Counted from the stretch's first letter, positions 19,407 through 29,881 are shown. The stretch: DNA of 64,000 nt from Nitrospirota bacterium (GCA_963790205.1 CAWBNQ010000005.1:149056-213055); one strand, 5' to 3'. Translations and numbers: made by a program. The notes: generated from the sequence alone by a model not told the origin.

Positions 19407-20355
19407 CTGTTTCTCCTTTTGTTGAACGCTGCATCAGACATGATGCCCAGGACAATCCGACGCCGAATCCGCATAAAACCATATTCCGAAGATTGTCATT
19501 CCCCAGATTGTTTTCAAGGAGCATCGGAATTGAGGATGACACCGCATTTCCGTGCTGTGCAAGATTACTGGGCATCTTCCCGGGACCAACATTCATGCGT
19601 TTTTGCAAGGTATCAAGTATGTATTTGCTCCCCTGATGAAAAATAAAAAGATCTATCTGCTCGGGCTTGAGCTTTGCCGCATGCAGCAATTCCGAGACCT
19701 GGGGCGGCACACGGGTTGCGGAAAAGTTGAATACGGCCCGACCGTTCATGACAAGCCTGTTATTTTGTATCTGCAGTGCACTGCCTTCACTCCCGAGGGT
19801 CCCGAATAAAAATTTGGTTGGTAACCAGCCGGGAGAGGCCGCATCGTCTGTAGCCATGTAGGTAACTGTCGCAGCGTCCCCAAAAAGCAGGACGGTATTT
19901 TTGTCATCAGGATCGATAATCGATGAATAAGGATCGGCAGTAAAAAAGAGCCCCCGTTTCAAACCATTCAGCTCCATGAACGATTTCACGATCGAAAGTC
20001 CGTAAACATACCCGGAACAACCGAGGGAAATATCGAACGCCGCACATTTCTCCGACGCTTTAAGCTTGCCGTGCACGATCGCCGAAGTATGGGGGATGCC
20101 GCCCCCGTCAGGATTCTGGGTGCACACCACCAGGCAATCAACGTCATCGGCAGATATCCGTATTTTATCCTGGAGCGCCTGGAAAGCCTTGACGCACATA
20201 TCGGATACAGTTTCATCAGGCGCTTTTCGTGATACGCTCAGTACGCCTATTTTGTTGATGATGAAATCGTCATCGATTTCGAACCGTTCCTTCTTGTCGA
20301 AATTCGATTCGTGCCGTTCAGGAACGTAACTTGCTATATGTTTGATGCTGATCAT
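19390..20355 (-). CDS. 3-oxoacyl-ACP synthase III-like (FabH/KAS III family) condensing enzyme
   Basis: Active-site Cys in LGCSGYVYGL, a His/Asn region (FIFHQGSKYIL, QHGNAVSSSIP) and a length of 321 aa. Confidence 0.8.
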   Translation of the reverse strand: MISIKHIASYVPERHESNFDKKERFEIDDDFIINKIGVLSVSRKAPDETVSDMCVKAFQALQDKIRISADDVDCLVVCTQNPDGGGIPHTSAIVHGKLKASEKCAAFDISLGCSGYVYGLSIVKSFMELNGLKRGLFFTADPYSSIIDPDDKNTVLLFGDAATVTYMATDDAASPGWLPTKFLFGTLGSEGSALQIQNNRLVMNGRAVFNFSATRVPPQVSELLHAAKLKPEQIDLFIFHQGSKYILDTLQKRMNVGPGKMPSNLAQHGNAVSSSIPMLLENNLGNDNLRNMVLCGFGVGLSWASCLMQRSTKGETDGSKS

Positions 20356-20966
20356 TGCGCTAGTAGAGAAAAATAGATGTGACCGATCACATCTTCATCC
20401 GAGAGCAGACTGGACTTCGTGAGCCGGTTATTGAAGTTATGCTCAAGCCTGATACGCAGGCTGCAGGCATCCGGTGCCTGTAGCAATCGTTTCAGTTCCA
20501 ATCTGGTAAATAGCCACTTGGCCTTTGTCGGACACATTGCATAATGCATTTTCTTGGTCATCGCCACGGCGACTTCGACCGGCGAATACCCTGTATCTTC
20601 ATAAATGGCGATCTCGTTCCTGGCCTCATTCAGTGCGCTCTTGCCTTCGATGCGCTCTTCCGCATACTCATAACGGCAGGCAACGTTGCGGTCTGTTTCA
20701 CACATCCAGCCAGCTATCGTGCCCTGGCCCGTTGAAAACGTGAACTCGGCCCACGGGAGTTCCGGCTTCTCAATGCTTTCGCCGACCGCACCCAACAAGA
20801 TATCGCATTCATGTGTCACAAGCCGATGGATAACGATGCGCGTCGGCGCTTGTACAGGCAGGCCGGATAGTTTCGGCACCTGCTCACACAAGGCATTGTA
20901 AAGATCAGTACCATGCAGGTAGGTTCGTGAACCTTTAAAGCACATGGGAATGGGGACTCGTTGCAT
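20352..20966 (-). CDS. Hypothetical protein (204 aa) in the ACP/KAS III/aminotransferase operon
   Basis: ORF with a good coding pattern that is tightly coupled to its neighbours. I recognised no family. Confidence 0.5.
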   Translation of the reverse strand: MQRVPIPMCFKGSRTYLHGTDLYNALCEQVPKLSGLPVQAPTRIVIHRLVTHECDILLGAVGESIEKPELPWAEFTFSTGQGTIAGWMCETDRNVACRYEYAEERIEGKSALNEARNEIAIYEDTGYSPVEVAVAMTKKMHYAMCPTKAKWLFTRLELKRLLQAPDACSLRIRLEHNFNNRLTKSSLLSDEDVIGHIYFSLLAQ

Positions 20967-20970
20967 GTTT

Positions 20971-22131
20971 TCACCTTTTCCCGGACGTCAGGGCATGATG
21001 AACCGTGTCTATTACGTCTTCCACATCCTTCTCCGTCAGTTTCGCGGATATCGGCAGGCTTACCGTTCTCCTCCCGATGCCCATTGCGTGAGGATAGTCC
21101 TCAGGCTTCCATCCGAAGGTCTGTTGATAGTACGGGTGCTCGGGAATGCTCAGGTAGTGGACGCCGATGCCGATGTTTTCTTTGGTCATGGCATTTAAAA
21201 AAGCGTCACGGCTTATGTTGGTCTTTCGTTCATCGATCATGATCGTGTACAGGTGGTAGGCGTGCCGGGTGTTCGGTTCTGGACCGGCCGGCAGGCCGAT
21301 CGGCAGATCTGCAAAGGCTTCATTGTACTGTTTCCATACCTCCTGCCGCCGCTGCCAGTACTGGTCTATGCGCTTCAGTTGATGTATGCCGATGGCCGCC
21401 TGGATGTCCATCATGTTGTACTTGAACCCGCACTCAACAACCTGATAATGCTTGTAGCCTTCGTCGCTGAACCGTTTCCAGGCGTCCTTGCTCATGCCGT
21501 GCAGACCGAGTACCTTGATCCGTGCTATATCTTCTTCGCGTCGGGTGAGCACCATGCCACCCTCGCCGGTGACGATGTTTTTCGTGACATAGAACGAGAA
21601 GCAGCCAAAGTCGCCGAAGGTGCCAGCTTTCCCGCCCTTATATTCCGTTTCGATGGCATGGGCGCAGTCCTCGATGACCTTGAGATCATGGCGCTTTGCG
21701 ATGTCCATGATCGCGTCCATATCGCAGGGTCGGCCGGCAAAATGGACCGGCAAAATTGCACGGGTCTTCTTCGTGATCTTTTTCTCGATCTGGTGCGGAT
21801 CGATATTCATGGTGACCAGGTCGATGTCGGCAAGCACAGGTACGGCATCGGCATGAATCACGGCATTCACCGTGGCGCAGAAGGTCATGGGAGTGGTGAT
21901 TACTTCATCGCCCGGTTTGAGACCGGCCGCTAGAATGCTGAGATGGAGCGCAGCGGTACACGAGTTGAGGGCAGCGGCATATTTTGCCCCTTTGTAGGCC
22001 GCAAAATCGCGTTCGAACTGGGCGACTTTGGGGCCGGTGCCGAGCCATCCGCTTTTCATGCTGTCGATAACTTCGTCAATTTCTGCGTCTTCTATTTTGG
22101 GAGCACCAAATATCAGAAAAGGATCTCTCAT
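20971..22131 (-). CDS. DegT/ArnB/perosamine-synthetase-like PLP-dependent sugar aminotransferase
   Basis: Close sequence parallels to ArnB (ISRDAFLNAMTKENIGIGVHY against [21 protein letters not shown]). It is adjacent to gmd and fcl. Confidence 0.85.
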   Translation of the reverse strand: MRDPFLIFGAPKIEDAEIDEVIDSMKSGWLGTGPKVAQFERDFAAYKGAKYAAALNSCTAALHLSILAAGLKPGDEVITTPMTFCATVNAVIHADAVPVLADIDLVTMNIDPHQIEKKITKKTRAILPVHFAGRPCDMDAIMDIAKRHDLKVIEDCAHAIETEYKGGKAGTFGDFGCFSFYVTKNIVTGEGGMVLTRREEDIARIKVLGLHGMSKDAWKRFSDEGYKHYQVVECGFKYNMMDIQAAIGIHQLKRIDQYWQRRQEVWKQYNEAFADLPIGLPAGPEPNTRHAYHLYTIMIDERKTNISRDAFLNAMTKENIGIGVHYLSIPEHPYYQQTFGWKPEDYPHAMGIGRRTVSLPISAKLTEKDVEDVIDTVHHALTSGKR

Positions 22132-22181
22132 CGAACGAATTGTCCTCTTTCACGAAAAATGTTCAAAAAACAGGGTTTGCT

Positions 22182-23153
22182 TCAATGCTGGTTTTTATAG
22201 GCGGCATATGTTGATATGATTCCCTCGTTCAAGCTGGTCGTCGGCTTCCAGCCAAGAGAAAGAATCTTTGATATATTAAGAAGTTTTTTCGGCGTCCCAT
22301 CCGGTTTGGTCCTGTCGTTGATAATTTCTCCGTCGAAACCCACGATCCCCTTTACCAGTTCGGCCAGGTCTTTTATCCTGATGTCCTGCCCCGTCCCTAT
22401 GTTGATGAATTCGCCGACGTCCCGGTAATCATACTTTTCCATCAGGAATACGCAAGCCTCCGCGAGGTCGTCAACGTACAGAAATTCACGATAGGATTCG
22501 CCGGTGCCCCAGAGCACAACAGGCTGAGCTGAACTCTCAGCCTTAACCCCGGCCTCGACCTGTTCCATCCTCAGCTTTGCTTCATGGAACTTCCTGATCA
22601 GCGCGGGAAGAACATGCGAGGTCTCAAGATCGAAATTGTCTTCGGGCCCGTAAAGGTTGGTCGGCATAACCGATATATAATTCGTCCCGTACTGTTCGTT
22701 GTAATATCTGCAAAGCTTGATCGCTGCGATCTTTGCGATCGCATAGGGCTCATTGGTCGGTTCGAGAAGACCGGACAACAAGTGTTCTTCCTTCATCGGC
22801 TGCGGCGCGAACTTCGGGTAGATGCACGATGAGCCGAGGTTCAGAAGTTTTTTAGCGCCGGTCTTGTACGCAGCATTGATCACATTGGCCGCGATCATGA
22901 GGTTGTCGTAAATGAATTGCGCTTTATACGTGTCGTTCGCGAGGATGCCTCCCACTTTGGCGGCCGCCAGGAATACATATTCCGGCTTTTCATGAGCGAA
23001 GAACGCTTCGACGTCAGCCTGGCGACGAAGGTCCAGTTCCTTGGAAGTTTTTACAACCAGGTTGCGGTAACCGTTTTCTTGAAGTTTCCTAACGAGGGAG
23101 GAGCCGACAAGACCGCGATGACCGGCAATGTAAATTTTGGAATCCTTGTTCAT
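22182..23153 (-). CDS. fcl: GDP-L-fucose synthase (GDP-4-keto-6-deoxymannose 3,5-epimerase/4-reductase)
   Basis: [15 protein letters not shown] Rossmann motif and a catalytic YAIAK (Y-x-x-x-K) motif. I place the start at ATG 23153, directly abutting the gmd stop. Confidence 0.9.
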   Translation of the reverse strand: MNKDSKIYIAGHRGLVGSSLVRKLQENGYRNLVVKTSKELDLRRQADVEAFFAHEKPEYVFLAAAKVGGILANDTYKAQFIYDNLMIAANVINAAYKTGAKKLLNLGSSCIYPKFAPQPMKEEHLLSGLLEPTNEPYAIAKIAAIKLCRYYNEQYGTNYISVMPTNLYGPEDNFDLETSHVLPALIRKFHEAKLRMEQVEAGVKAESSAQPVVLWGTGESYREFLYVDDLAEACVFLMEKYDYRDVGEFINIGTGQDIRIKDLAELVKGIVGFDGEIINDRTKPDGTPKKLLNISKILSLGWKPTTSLNEGIISTYAAYKNQH

Positions 23154-24304
23154 ATTTGTTTGTTCTTGGTCCAATGGATGCCTTTATCATGGAGGATTTT
23201 TTTGCTTTCTCCGGGACATGCATGATTGATAATTTCCAGATCGGCATCCACCATGATCTTCACGAGTTCCTTGAACGTGATCTTCGGCACCCAGCCCAGC
23301 TTTTTCTTTGCATGGGAGGCGTCGGCGAGAAGAAAATCCACTTCCGTGGGACGGAAATACCGGGGGTCGATCTCGATGAGGACGGAACCTGGTTTTAAGG
23401 TTGAGGATGAGGGTAAGGATGAGGATAGGGAACGAACGATCCCCTTTTCCGCCGTGCCCTTCCCTTTCCACTCGAGCTCAACGCCGGCATAGCTGAAAGC
23501 GGACTCCACGAATTCCCGCACCGTGTGGCTTTCTCCGGTCCCGATCACAAAATCCTCGGGCTTATCCTGCTGGAGCATGAGCCACTGGCACTCCACATAT
23601 TCAGGCGCAAAGCCCCAGTCCCTCTTTGCGTCCAGGTTGCCGAGGTAGAGCTTCTCCTGTTTGCCGGCGAGGATGGCTGCCACGGCCCTCGTGATCTTTC
23701 TGGTCACGAAGGTTTCTCCGCGGCGGGGCGATTCGTGGTTGAAGAGTATCCCGTTGCAGGCGAAGAGATTATACCCTTCGCGGTAGTTGACGGTGATCCA
23801 GTAGGCGTATACCTTTGCCGCGGCGTAAGGGCTGCGGGGGTAGAAGACGGTATGTTCGTTTTGCGGCGGCTTTGCCGCCCCGAACATCTCGGATGACGAC
23901 GCCTGGTAGTATTTCGCCTTGGTACCGCTCAGGCGGATGCTTTCGAGGAGCCTTGTGGCGCCGAGACCGACGATGTCTCCCGTGTACTCGGGCATGTCGA
24001 AGCTCACGCGGACGTGGCTTTGGGCAGCGAGGTTGTAGACTTCATCGGGTTTGATATTATAGATGATGTGGGTAAGCTGCCCGCCGTCGGAAAGGTCCCC
24101 GTAGTGCAAAAAAAGTTTTGTGCCGCGAACATGGGGGTCCGTATAAACGTGGTCTATTCTTCCCGTATTGAAGGTGCTCGCGCGGCGTATGAGTCCGTGG
24201 ACTTCGTATCCCTTGGATAAAAGCAACTCGGCAAGATATGAGCCGTCTTGGCCGGTGATTCCCGTGATAAGAGCTCGTTTCAAGATATCCTCCCTGCGGC
24301 GCAA
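23150..24304 (-). CDS. gmd: GDP-mannose 4,6-dehydratase
   Basis: [33 protein letters not shown] and other regions are near-identical to Gmd family signatures. Confidence 0.92.
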   Translation of the reverse strand: MRRREDILKRALITGITGQDGSYLAELLLSKGYEVHGLIRRASTFNTGRIDHVYTDPHVRGTKLFLHYGDLSDGGQLTHIIYNIKPDEVYNLAAQSHVRVSFDMPEYTGDIVGLGATRLLESIRLSGTKAKYYQASSSEMFGAAKPPQNEHTVFYPRSPYAAAKVYAYWITVNYREGYNLFACNGILFNHESPRRGETFVTRKITRAVAAILAGKQEKLYLGNLDAKRDWGFAPEYVECQWLMLQQDKPEDFVIGTGESHTVREFVESAFSYAGVELEWKGKGTAEKGIVRSLSSSLPSSSTLKPGSVLIEIDPRYFRPTEVDFLLADASHAKKKLGWVPKITFKELVKIMVDADLEIINHACPGESKKILHDKGIHWTKNKQI

Positions 24305-24628
24305 AATTCAGTTCACGGCAGTCGCCCATGCCCCGGCTTTTCCGTAAAAACGTCTTTTCTGACGTACTATAAGCGATGAATATTACAGTATTATTTCCAA
24401 AAAGTAAAGGTTTTATTGCGCACATTTGCGCTTGCAATTTGACTCAGGTTGTACTATGCTGATTGCTGTCAGTCTTGGCAGAGGCGCAGCGGCTACGGCT
24501 GGATCGTTGCGGCTTAATACTACCCGTCAGCGGCTTAGCTTATACGAAGCGCTGAAAAACATCATAAAACTCGTCTTGAAAACAGATAATACGCCTTTTA
24601 TATCTATATCGCTGGATTTCCGCAACGG

Positions 24629-26095
24629 TTGGAACAGGGGAGCACGGTGACCAACAGTTTTAAGGATTTCTCAAAAGTGGTTTTGCTTCTTTTCATCGAC
24701 GCACTGGCCTTTTACAGTTCCCTGGTTCTCGCTTTTTACTCACGCGCCTTCCTGAATACGGTCTTCCCGGGCATAATTGCTTTCGACGTTTCCCTGCAAT
24801 TCTTTCTGAAGATCTGGTGGCTGCCCGCCATCGTCCTGTCCTTTTTTGCCTCCGAGAGACTGTATAACAAAAAACTCCCTTTCTGGGACGAGACCAGGGA
24901 ACTCGTGAAAGCGGTAACGATTTCGACGATCACCGTGCTCGCCCTTATAACGCTCGGAAAAATGACGGACCGGATCTCCCGGTTGACCGTGCTGTTTTTG
25001 TGGGGCTACGGCTTGTTCCTGTTCCCTCTTTTCCGGTTGATCGGGAAACGGATTCTCTACAAATTGGGCCTTTGGAAAGAGAACGTGATCATCATCGGCG
25101 CCGGAAGTGCCGGCATTTTAGCGGCCAAAGGAATACATTCCGAGCTCTTTCTCGGCTACAACCTCATCGGTTTTTTGGACGACGCCGACAACAAAATAGG
25201 CACGGAAATAGTGATCAACGGAAAGCCGTACAAGGTCTTCGGGAAAACGAAAAATTTCACAAAATTCGTCAATCTCCTGAATATATCCACGATCATCATC
25301 GCCCTCCCCTCCCTTCCCGTGGACGAGCTGGCTGACCTTACGAACAACATTCAGAAGCACGCCAAGAACATCCTGCTCATCCCCGACGTAAAAGGGATCG
25401 CGCTTACCAACACCGAACTCTATCACCTGTTCGTGCAGCAGCTTTTTCTTCTGAAGATCAACAACAACCTCAAGTCCCCTTTCAACAGGCTCATCAAAAG
25501 GACCTTCGACATGACCGTCTCGGTCCTTTTCCTGCCCGTGCTCCTTCCTCTCATCGGAGTGCTTGGGCTCCTTATAAAACTCGATTCTCCCGGCCCGGTC
25601 TTTTACCGGCATACGAGAATCGGCCGGGGCGGACAGCCGTTCGGCGTATACAAGTTTCGCAGCATGTACCGGGACTCCGGGGAACGCCTCGAAAAGATAC
25701 TCCAAACTGATCCGGCCGCGCGAGCGGAATGGGACGCCTATTTTAAACTGAAGAATGACCCGCGCGTAACGCGCATGGGCGCCTTTCTGAGAAAGACGTC
25801 GCTTGATGAACTCCCGCAGATATTTAATGTGTTGAAAAGCGAGATGAGCCTTGTCGGGCCGCGGCCGGTGATCGCAGAGGAAATAACCACGTACTATAAG
25901 GAGTGCGCTGATTACTACCACATGGTGCGGCCGGGGATCACCGGCTTATGGCAGGTGAGCGGCCGCAACGACGTGGATTATGAGAACCGGGTCAGGCTGG
26001 ACATGTGGTATGCGCTTAACTGGTCCCTGTGGCTCGACGTCCTCATGCTGTTTAAAACGATCAGGGTGGTGCTGAAGCGTGAGGGGGCGTATTGA
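24629..26095 (+). CDS. Polyprenyl-phosphate hexose-1-phosphate transferase (WbaP/WcaJ-like initiating glycosyltransferase)
   Basis: N-terminal TM segments, a central Rossmann-like region and a C-terminal Bac_transf domain ([21 protein letters not shown]). It is the only plus-strand gene in the glycan locus. Confidence 0.88.
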   Translation: MEQGSTVTNSFKDFSKVVLLLFIDALAFYSSLVLAFYSRAFLNTVFPGIIAFDVSLQFFLKIWWLPAIVLSFFASERLYNKKLPFWDETRELVKAVTISTITVLALITLGKMTDRISRLTVLFLWGYGLFLFPLFRLIGKRILYKLGLWKENVIIIGAGSAGILAAKGIHSELFLGYNLIGFLDDADNKIGTEIVINGKPYKVFGKTKNFTKFVNLLNISTIIIALPSLPVDELADLTNNIQKHAKNILLIPDVKGIALTNTELYHLFVQQLFLLKINNNLKSPFNRLIKRTFDMTVSVLFLPVLLPLIGVLGLLIKLDSPGPVFYRHTRIGRGGQPFGVYKFRSMYRDSGERLEKILQTDPAARAEWDAYFKLKNDPRVTRMGAFLRKTSLDELPQIFNVLKSEMSLVGPRPVIAEEITTYYKECADYYHMVRPGITGLWQVSGRNDVDYENRVRLDMWYALNWSLWLDVLMLFKTIRVVLKREGAY

Positions 26096-26321
26096 AAAGC
26101 GGGAAATTGGGAAGATATGAAGTTTTGATGAACTCGCAGTAAGTCAAGACTGGCCACAAAATGCACAAAGAGCACAAAGGTAAAACCTTGAAACCCCAAA
26201 GAACTTTTCTGAGCCTTTTGTGACTTTTGTGGCTAAAAAAGACTTTTTACGAATCTATCAAGTTTTGAAGACGGGAACTTGGAAACCGGGAGCGGGTTCC
26301 CATCTTCTCATCTTCACAATT

Positions 26322-27599
26322 TCACATTTTTTCGGTCTTCACGGAATTTCTCACACAGACTCCCATCACGAACCCAAACACATATCTCAGTATCTGGATA
26401 TTAAAGAACGAATCCGTCATTCCCGCAATCATATAGTGCACGACGGTCGCCGTTGCCAGGAACGCGAAAAGTCTTTCACTCCCGTCGGATTTCAAGAGCG
26501 GCACGGAAAACCGCAAAACCCGGTAAAAGACATACAGCAATGCCGACAGCCCCACAAGCCCGTTCGTAGCCAGGGTAAAGAGATACATATTGTGCGGCTG
26601 GTTGAACTGGGCAAGATACGCCGGGAACTCACCCGAGGCCAGGTAGCGGTTCATCGTGGAGACATAATCGCCGGTGCCCACGCCGAAGAGCGGATTGCTG
26701 AGGAACATCCTGAATGCCGCCTTCCACATGAGGAACCGTTCTCCGACATCGGTAGAGGCCTGGCCTGCCAGAAAGAGCGAAATATCGCCTGAAATCCTGT
26801 TCACCCTCATATGAACGATCCCGTTGAAAAGGTACAACAGGACGGCGCCGCCGATGACCGCAGCAAGCAGGATGAAGTATGTTTTTTTCTTTTTGACGCA
26901 CAGGTAAGCGAGAAGGATCACCGTGATGAGCATGCCGAGCCACGCCGAACGCGATGCCGAGAGCAGCACCGAGGCCCCGTCGAGGATGACAAACGAGATC
27001 AGAAAGGCCTTTTTACGGATGCCGGCCGGCCGGCGCGGGAAAAGCAGAATGCCCGCCGCAGCATACATGCCCGTTGCGTTCAGATTGGCAAACCAGATGT
27101 GATGGAGGTTCAGCAGCGGCGTGATCGAGCGGGCGATCCGGTTGTCGCCGGCGATTCCCAGGTAGGACGGGACGGCGATGACGTCAAGCGCGAATATGCC
27201 GGCAAGAAAGGCCAGCAGCAGGCGTTCGGCAACGCCGGGTTCTCCCTTCCCGGTCCCGATCCAATCGAGCAGCACGGAAACCATGATATACACAAGGAAT
27301 AAACCGAACAACTTATTGACGATCCCGACCCCGTCCCGCATGGTTTCCGTGAACAGCAGGCCTATCACCGCGGCGGACAAAAACAGCGCGAGGGGAAGCA
27401 GGAGCGGCTGGCTCCAGCTCTTCACGACGGCCGTTCTGAATTCACGTTGATAGATCGCGAGCGCGACGACATACAGCAGCAGGAGAGCGAGGAGGATGTT
27501 CGCTGCGCTTTTTGACAGGGCCAGGCTCAGGCTGAACAGCAAAAGACCTCCGGCGATCACGACCTGGTTCCTATGCGATTGAAAAGAAATATCCTTCAT
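26322..27599 (-). CDS. O-antigen ligase/polymerase family membrane protein (WaaL/Wzy-like)
   Basis: 425-aa polytopic membrane protein with a large periplasmic loop containing Arg/His residues, as in the O-antigen ligase domain. Confidence 0.65.
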   Translation of the reverse strand: MKDISFQSHRNQVVIAGGLLLFSLSLALSKSAANILLALLLLYVVALAIYQREFRTAVVKSWSQPLLLPLALFLSAAVIGLLFTETMRDGVGIVNKLFGLFLVYIMVSVLLDWIGTGKGEPGVAERLLLAFLAGIFALDVIAVPSYLGIAGDNRIARSITPLLNLHHIWFANLNATGMYAAAGILLFPRRPAGIRKKAFLISFVILDGASVLLSASRSAWLGMLITVILLAYLCVKKKKTYFILLAAVIGGAVLLYLFNGIVHMRVNRISGDISLFLAGQASTDVGERFLMWKAAFRMFLSNPLFGVGTGDYVSTMNRYLASGEFPAYLAQFNQPHNMYLFTLATNGLVGLSALLYVFYRVLRFSVPLLKSDGSERLFAFLATATVVHYMIAGMTDSFFNIQILRYVFGFVMGVCVRNSVKTEKM

Positions 27600-27693
27600 T
27601 GCTGTTCTCCTGATGCCCTGGGAATCGTTTTTTCACCTTCACCCCGCCGGAACTCCCCGCCTGGTTCGTATTGCGGCAACCAGGCGCTTCATA

Positions 27694-28392
27694 CTAGAAA
27701 CAGGTGCCGATGAAATTCCTGCCCCTGTATTTCGCCCGCAGATATTCCAGCGAAGCATGAAAATCCCGTGAGGTATCGCCGAAACTCATATGTTTGGCGC
27801 CTATTTGCACCGCCCTGGTCCTGACCCCGTAGGTGTACCGCGCATTCAGCGAAAAATCCTCCGAATAAAGATGGAAATCAAGATGTTCATCGAACCGCAG
27901 TTCGTACCTTTTTATCAGCGACGAGTGGACGATGAGGCAGCAGCAGTCGACTGTCTCAACGAGCTGCGGCCTGTCAAGACGGATGCCGTGCTGAAAAAAA
28001 ATATTGTCGTTTCTGGCCTGTTGGATCTGTCCCAGGAGTACTTTTTTTGAAAAAGAGAGGTTGCCATGTCTGAAATAGATGCCTCTCTTCTTCGCGGCGC
28101 CGATGGGGCCGTAGATGCCCGTTCTGTCAAGGTCTCGTATGCGGAGATAGGGGTCTTCCGAAAACCCGAAATCCTGATGGCAAAAAATCAGCCAGGCGTC
28201 GTCGTTCATGTGATGATCGATAAAATGGTTGTACCGTTTCGGGATGCCGATGTTCTCGCGGGTGTTGTCGTAAGCCCGGGTCGGGAACCCGTTCATGCAC
28301 GTGTTCTTCCCGATCATGGACCCGAATATCTCGAAATTGCTCACAACGCATATGATCTGGATAGCTTTGTTCATGGTCTTACCCGTCCACAC
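27694..28392 (-). CDS. Putative glycosyltransferase (GT-A-like), uncertain
   Basis: 232-aa ORF inside the glycan locus. I recognised only weak GT-like features. Confidence 0.3.
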   Translation of the reverse strand: MWTGKTMNKAIQIICVVSNFEIFGSMIGKNTCMNGFPTRAYDNTRENIGIPKRYNHFIDHHMNDDAWLIFCHQDFGFSEDPYLRIRDLDRTGIYGPIGAAKKRGIYFRHGNLSFSKKVLLGQIQQARNDNIFFQHGIRLDRPQLVETVDCCCLIVHSSLIKRYELRFDEHLDFHLYSEDFSLNARYTYGVRTRAVQIGAKHMSFGDTSRDFHASLEYLRAKYRGRNFIGTCF

Positions 28393-28436
28393 GCCGCGAT
28401 TGCCGGCCCATGCCCCGCTGCAGCGCCGCCTGTCAT

Positions 28437-29699
28437 CTAAGTCGTCTTTATTCCTCCGGGGACGCTCTCGGCCTCATACTGGAACAACGAACGATACAAG
28501 GGATTGGCTCTTAAGCGCACAGGCACCAGGCTCATCGGAATCCGCCCGTAGCGCCTTGCTCCTGTAAGCGTGTATGCATAAGCCGTCTGAGAAAGCTGCA
28601 CACCCTTCTGATCGACAAAGCGGTAGGTCAAGGCAGAGGCGATCAGTATGACCGGCATTGTTGTCAGGAACATCACCAGGAATGCCGAATGATATGAAAG
28701 ATGGGGCGCAACAAAACAAAAAATGGCGCAGCCCAGGGAGCTGATCAGTAAAAAATGGAGGATATATACGGAGAAGGATATTTTTCCGAGAAAGACGAAA
28801 ACGCTCCGGGAGAGAAGGGACTGCAGGTTCGGAAGATTCAAAAGCGCGAACATGACGAGACCGGCGCCCAGCATATGGTACGAGCGGGCGATGACCGGGA
28901 GTTTCATAAAGGCATACATCGTTCCCTCAGCCGACCTGCCCGCGGGATAAGACCCCAGAAAGAGTCCGGCCCCCAAAAGAATGAAATAGATTGCCCGGTA
29001 TCTTTTTTTACCGAAGAGGTCCGGCCGGAGCGTAATAAGATCGCAGAGCATCATGCCCAGGACGAATGCGCCATAAGGCCTGTGCCTGAACAAGACCAGG
29101 GCGAGTGCATACCCCAGGTAACGCCGCTTCTCGTTTCGAAACAGCGCCACGAACAAAAAAACCAGTACGGAGCCGAAAAACTCGAACGTCATGGTCCAGA
29201 GCACGCCGTTATACGTGGCCTGATGCCTGAAAAAAGAGCCGATGAACGCTTCATACAGGGCTGTCAGGAGGTTCGGCTCGAATTGCAAATAGCCGCGGAG
29301 CCAACCGGACCGGGTTATGATGCCGGCAGGCTGGTTGTAAAGCAGCGAAAAACGCAACAGTAAAAAGGACAGAAGAATAGAAATGAATACCGGAGGGAGG
29401 AGCCGAACGTATCTCTTGACGGTAAGAGGGAGGAGATATACCGGGAGAGCCCGGTTCTTAAAAAATTTATAAGCCAGCACAAATCCGCTCAGGATAAAAA
29501 ACAAAGCGACGGCAAAGGCCCCGTTATAGAACAGGTTCAAGGGGGTCCCTGAAATGAGCACCTCGATCCCTTTCTCCGTATGGACCGGTTCCGTTGCACC
29601 GAAAAACAATGCCGGGTAGAATGCTATGGCAAAATGATTGAACACCACGATGAGCGCCGCCAGGCCGCGCAGACTTTCCAGATACCCTAACTTTTTCAC
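28437..29699 (-). CDS. Acyltransferase family 3 (OafA/YrhL-like) membrane O-acyltransferase
   Basis: MKKLGYLESLRGLAALIVVFNHF N-terminus and the roughly 10-TM topology of Acyl_transf_3. Confidence 0.85.
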   Translation of the reverse strand: MKKLGYLESLRGLAALIVVFNHFAIAFYPALFFGATEPVHTEKGIEVLISGTPLNLFYNGAFAVALFFILSGFVLAYKFFKNRALPVYLLPLTVKRYVRLLPPVFISILLSFLLLRFSLLYNQPAGIITRSGWLRGYLQFEPNLLTALYEAFIGSFFRHQATYNGVLWTMTFEFFGSVLVFLFVALFRNEKRRYLGYALALVLFRHRPYGAFVLGMMLCDLITLRPDLFGKKRYRAIYFILLGAGLFLGSYPAGRSAEGTMYAFMKLPVIARSYHMLGAGLVMFALLNLPNLQSLLSRSVFVFLGKISFSVYILHFLLISSLGCAIFCFVAPHLSYHSAFLVMFLTTMPVILIASALTYRFVDQKGVQLSQTAYAYTLTGARRYGRIPMSLVPVRLRANPLYRSLFQYEAESVPGGIKTT

Positions 29700-29881
29700 T
29701 TTGTTACCTCGTTAAAATGGTTCCCGTCCGCATCCGGCTTCCAAGACACTGTTCAGACTGCTCGGCGATACGGGGTGGAAATCTTTTCTGATCCCCGCGG
29801 ACTTCTTCGTCCGTTTTCAGCTTCAATGCGATACTTCCCTCAGCTCACCGCGATGAATTTCCGGAATCGTTTGAAGAGTAC

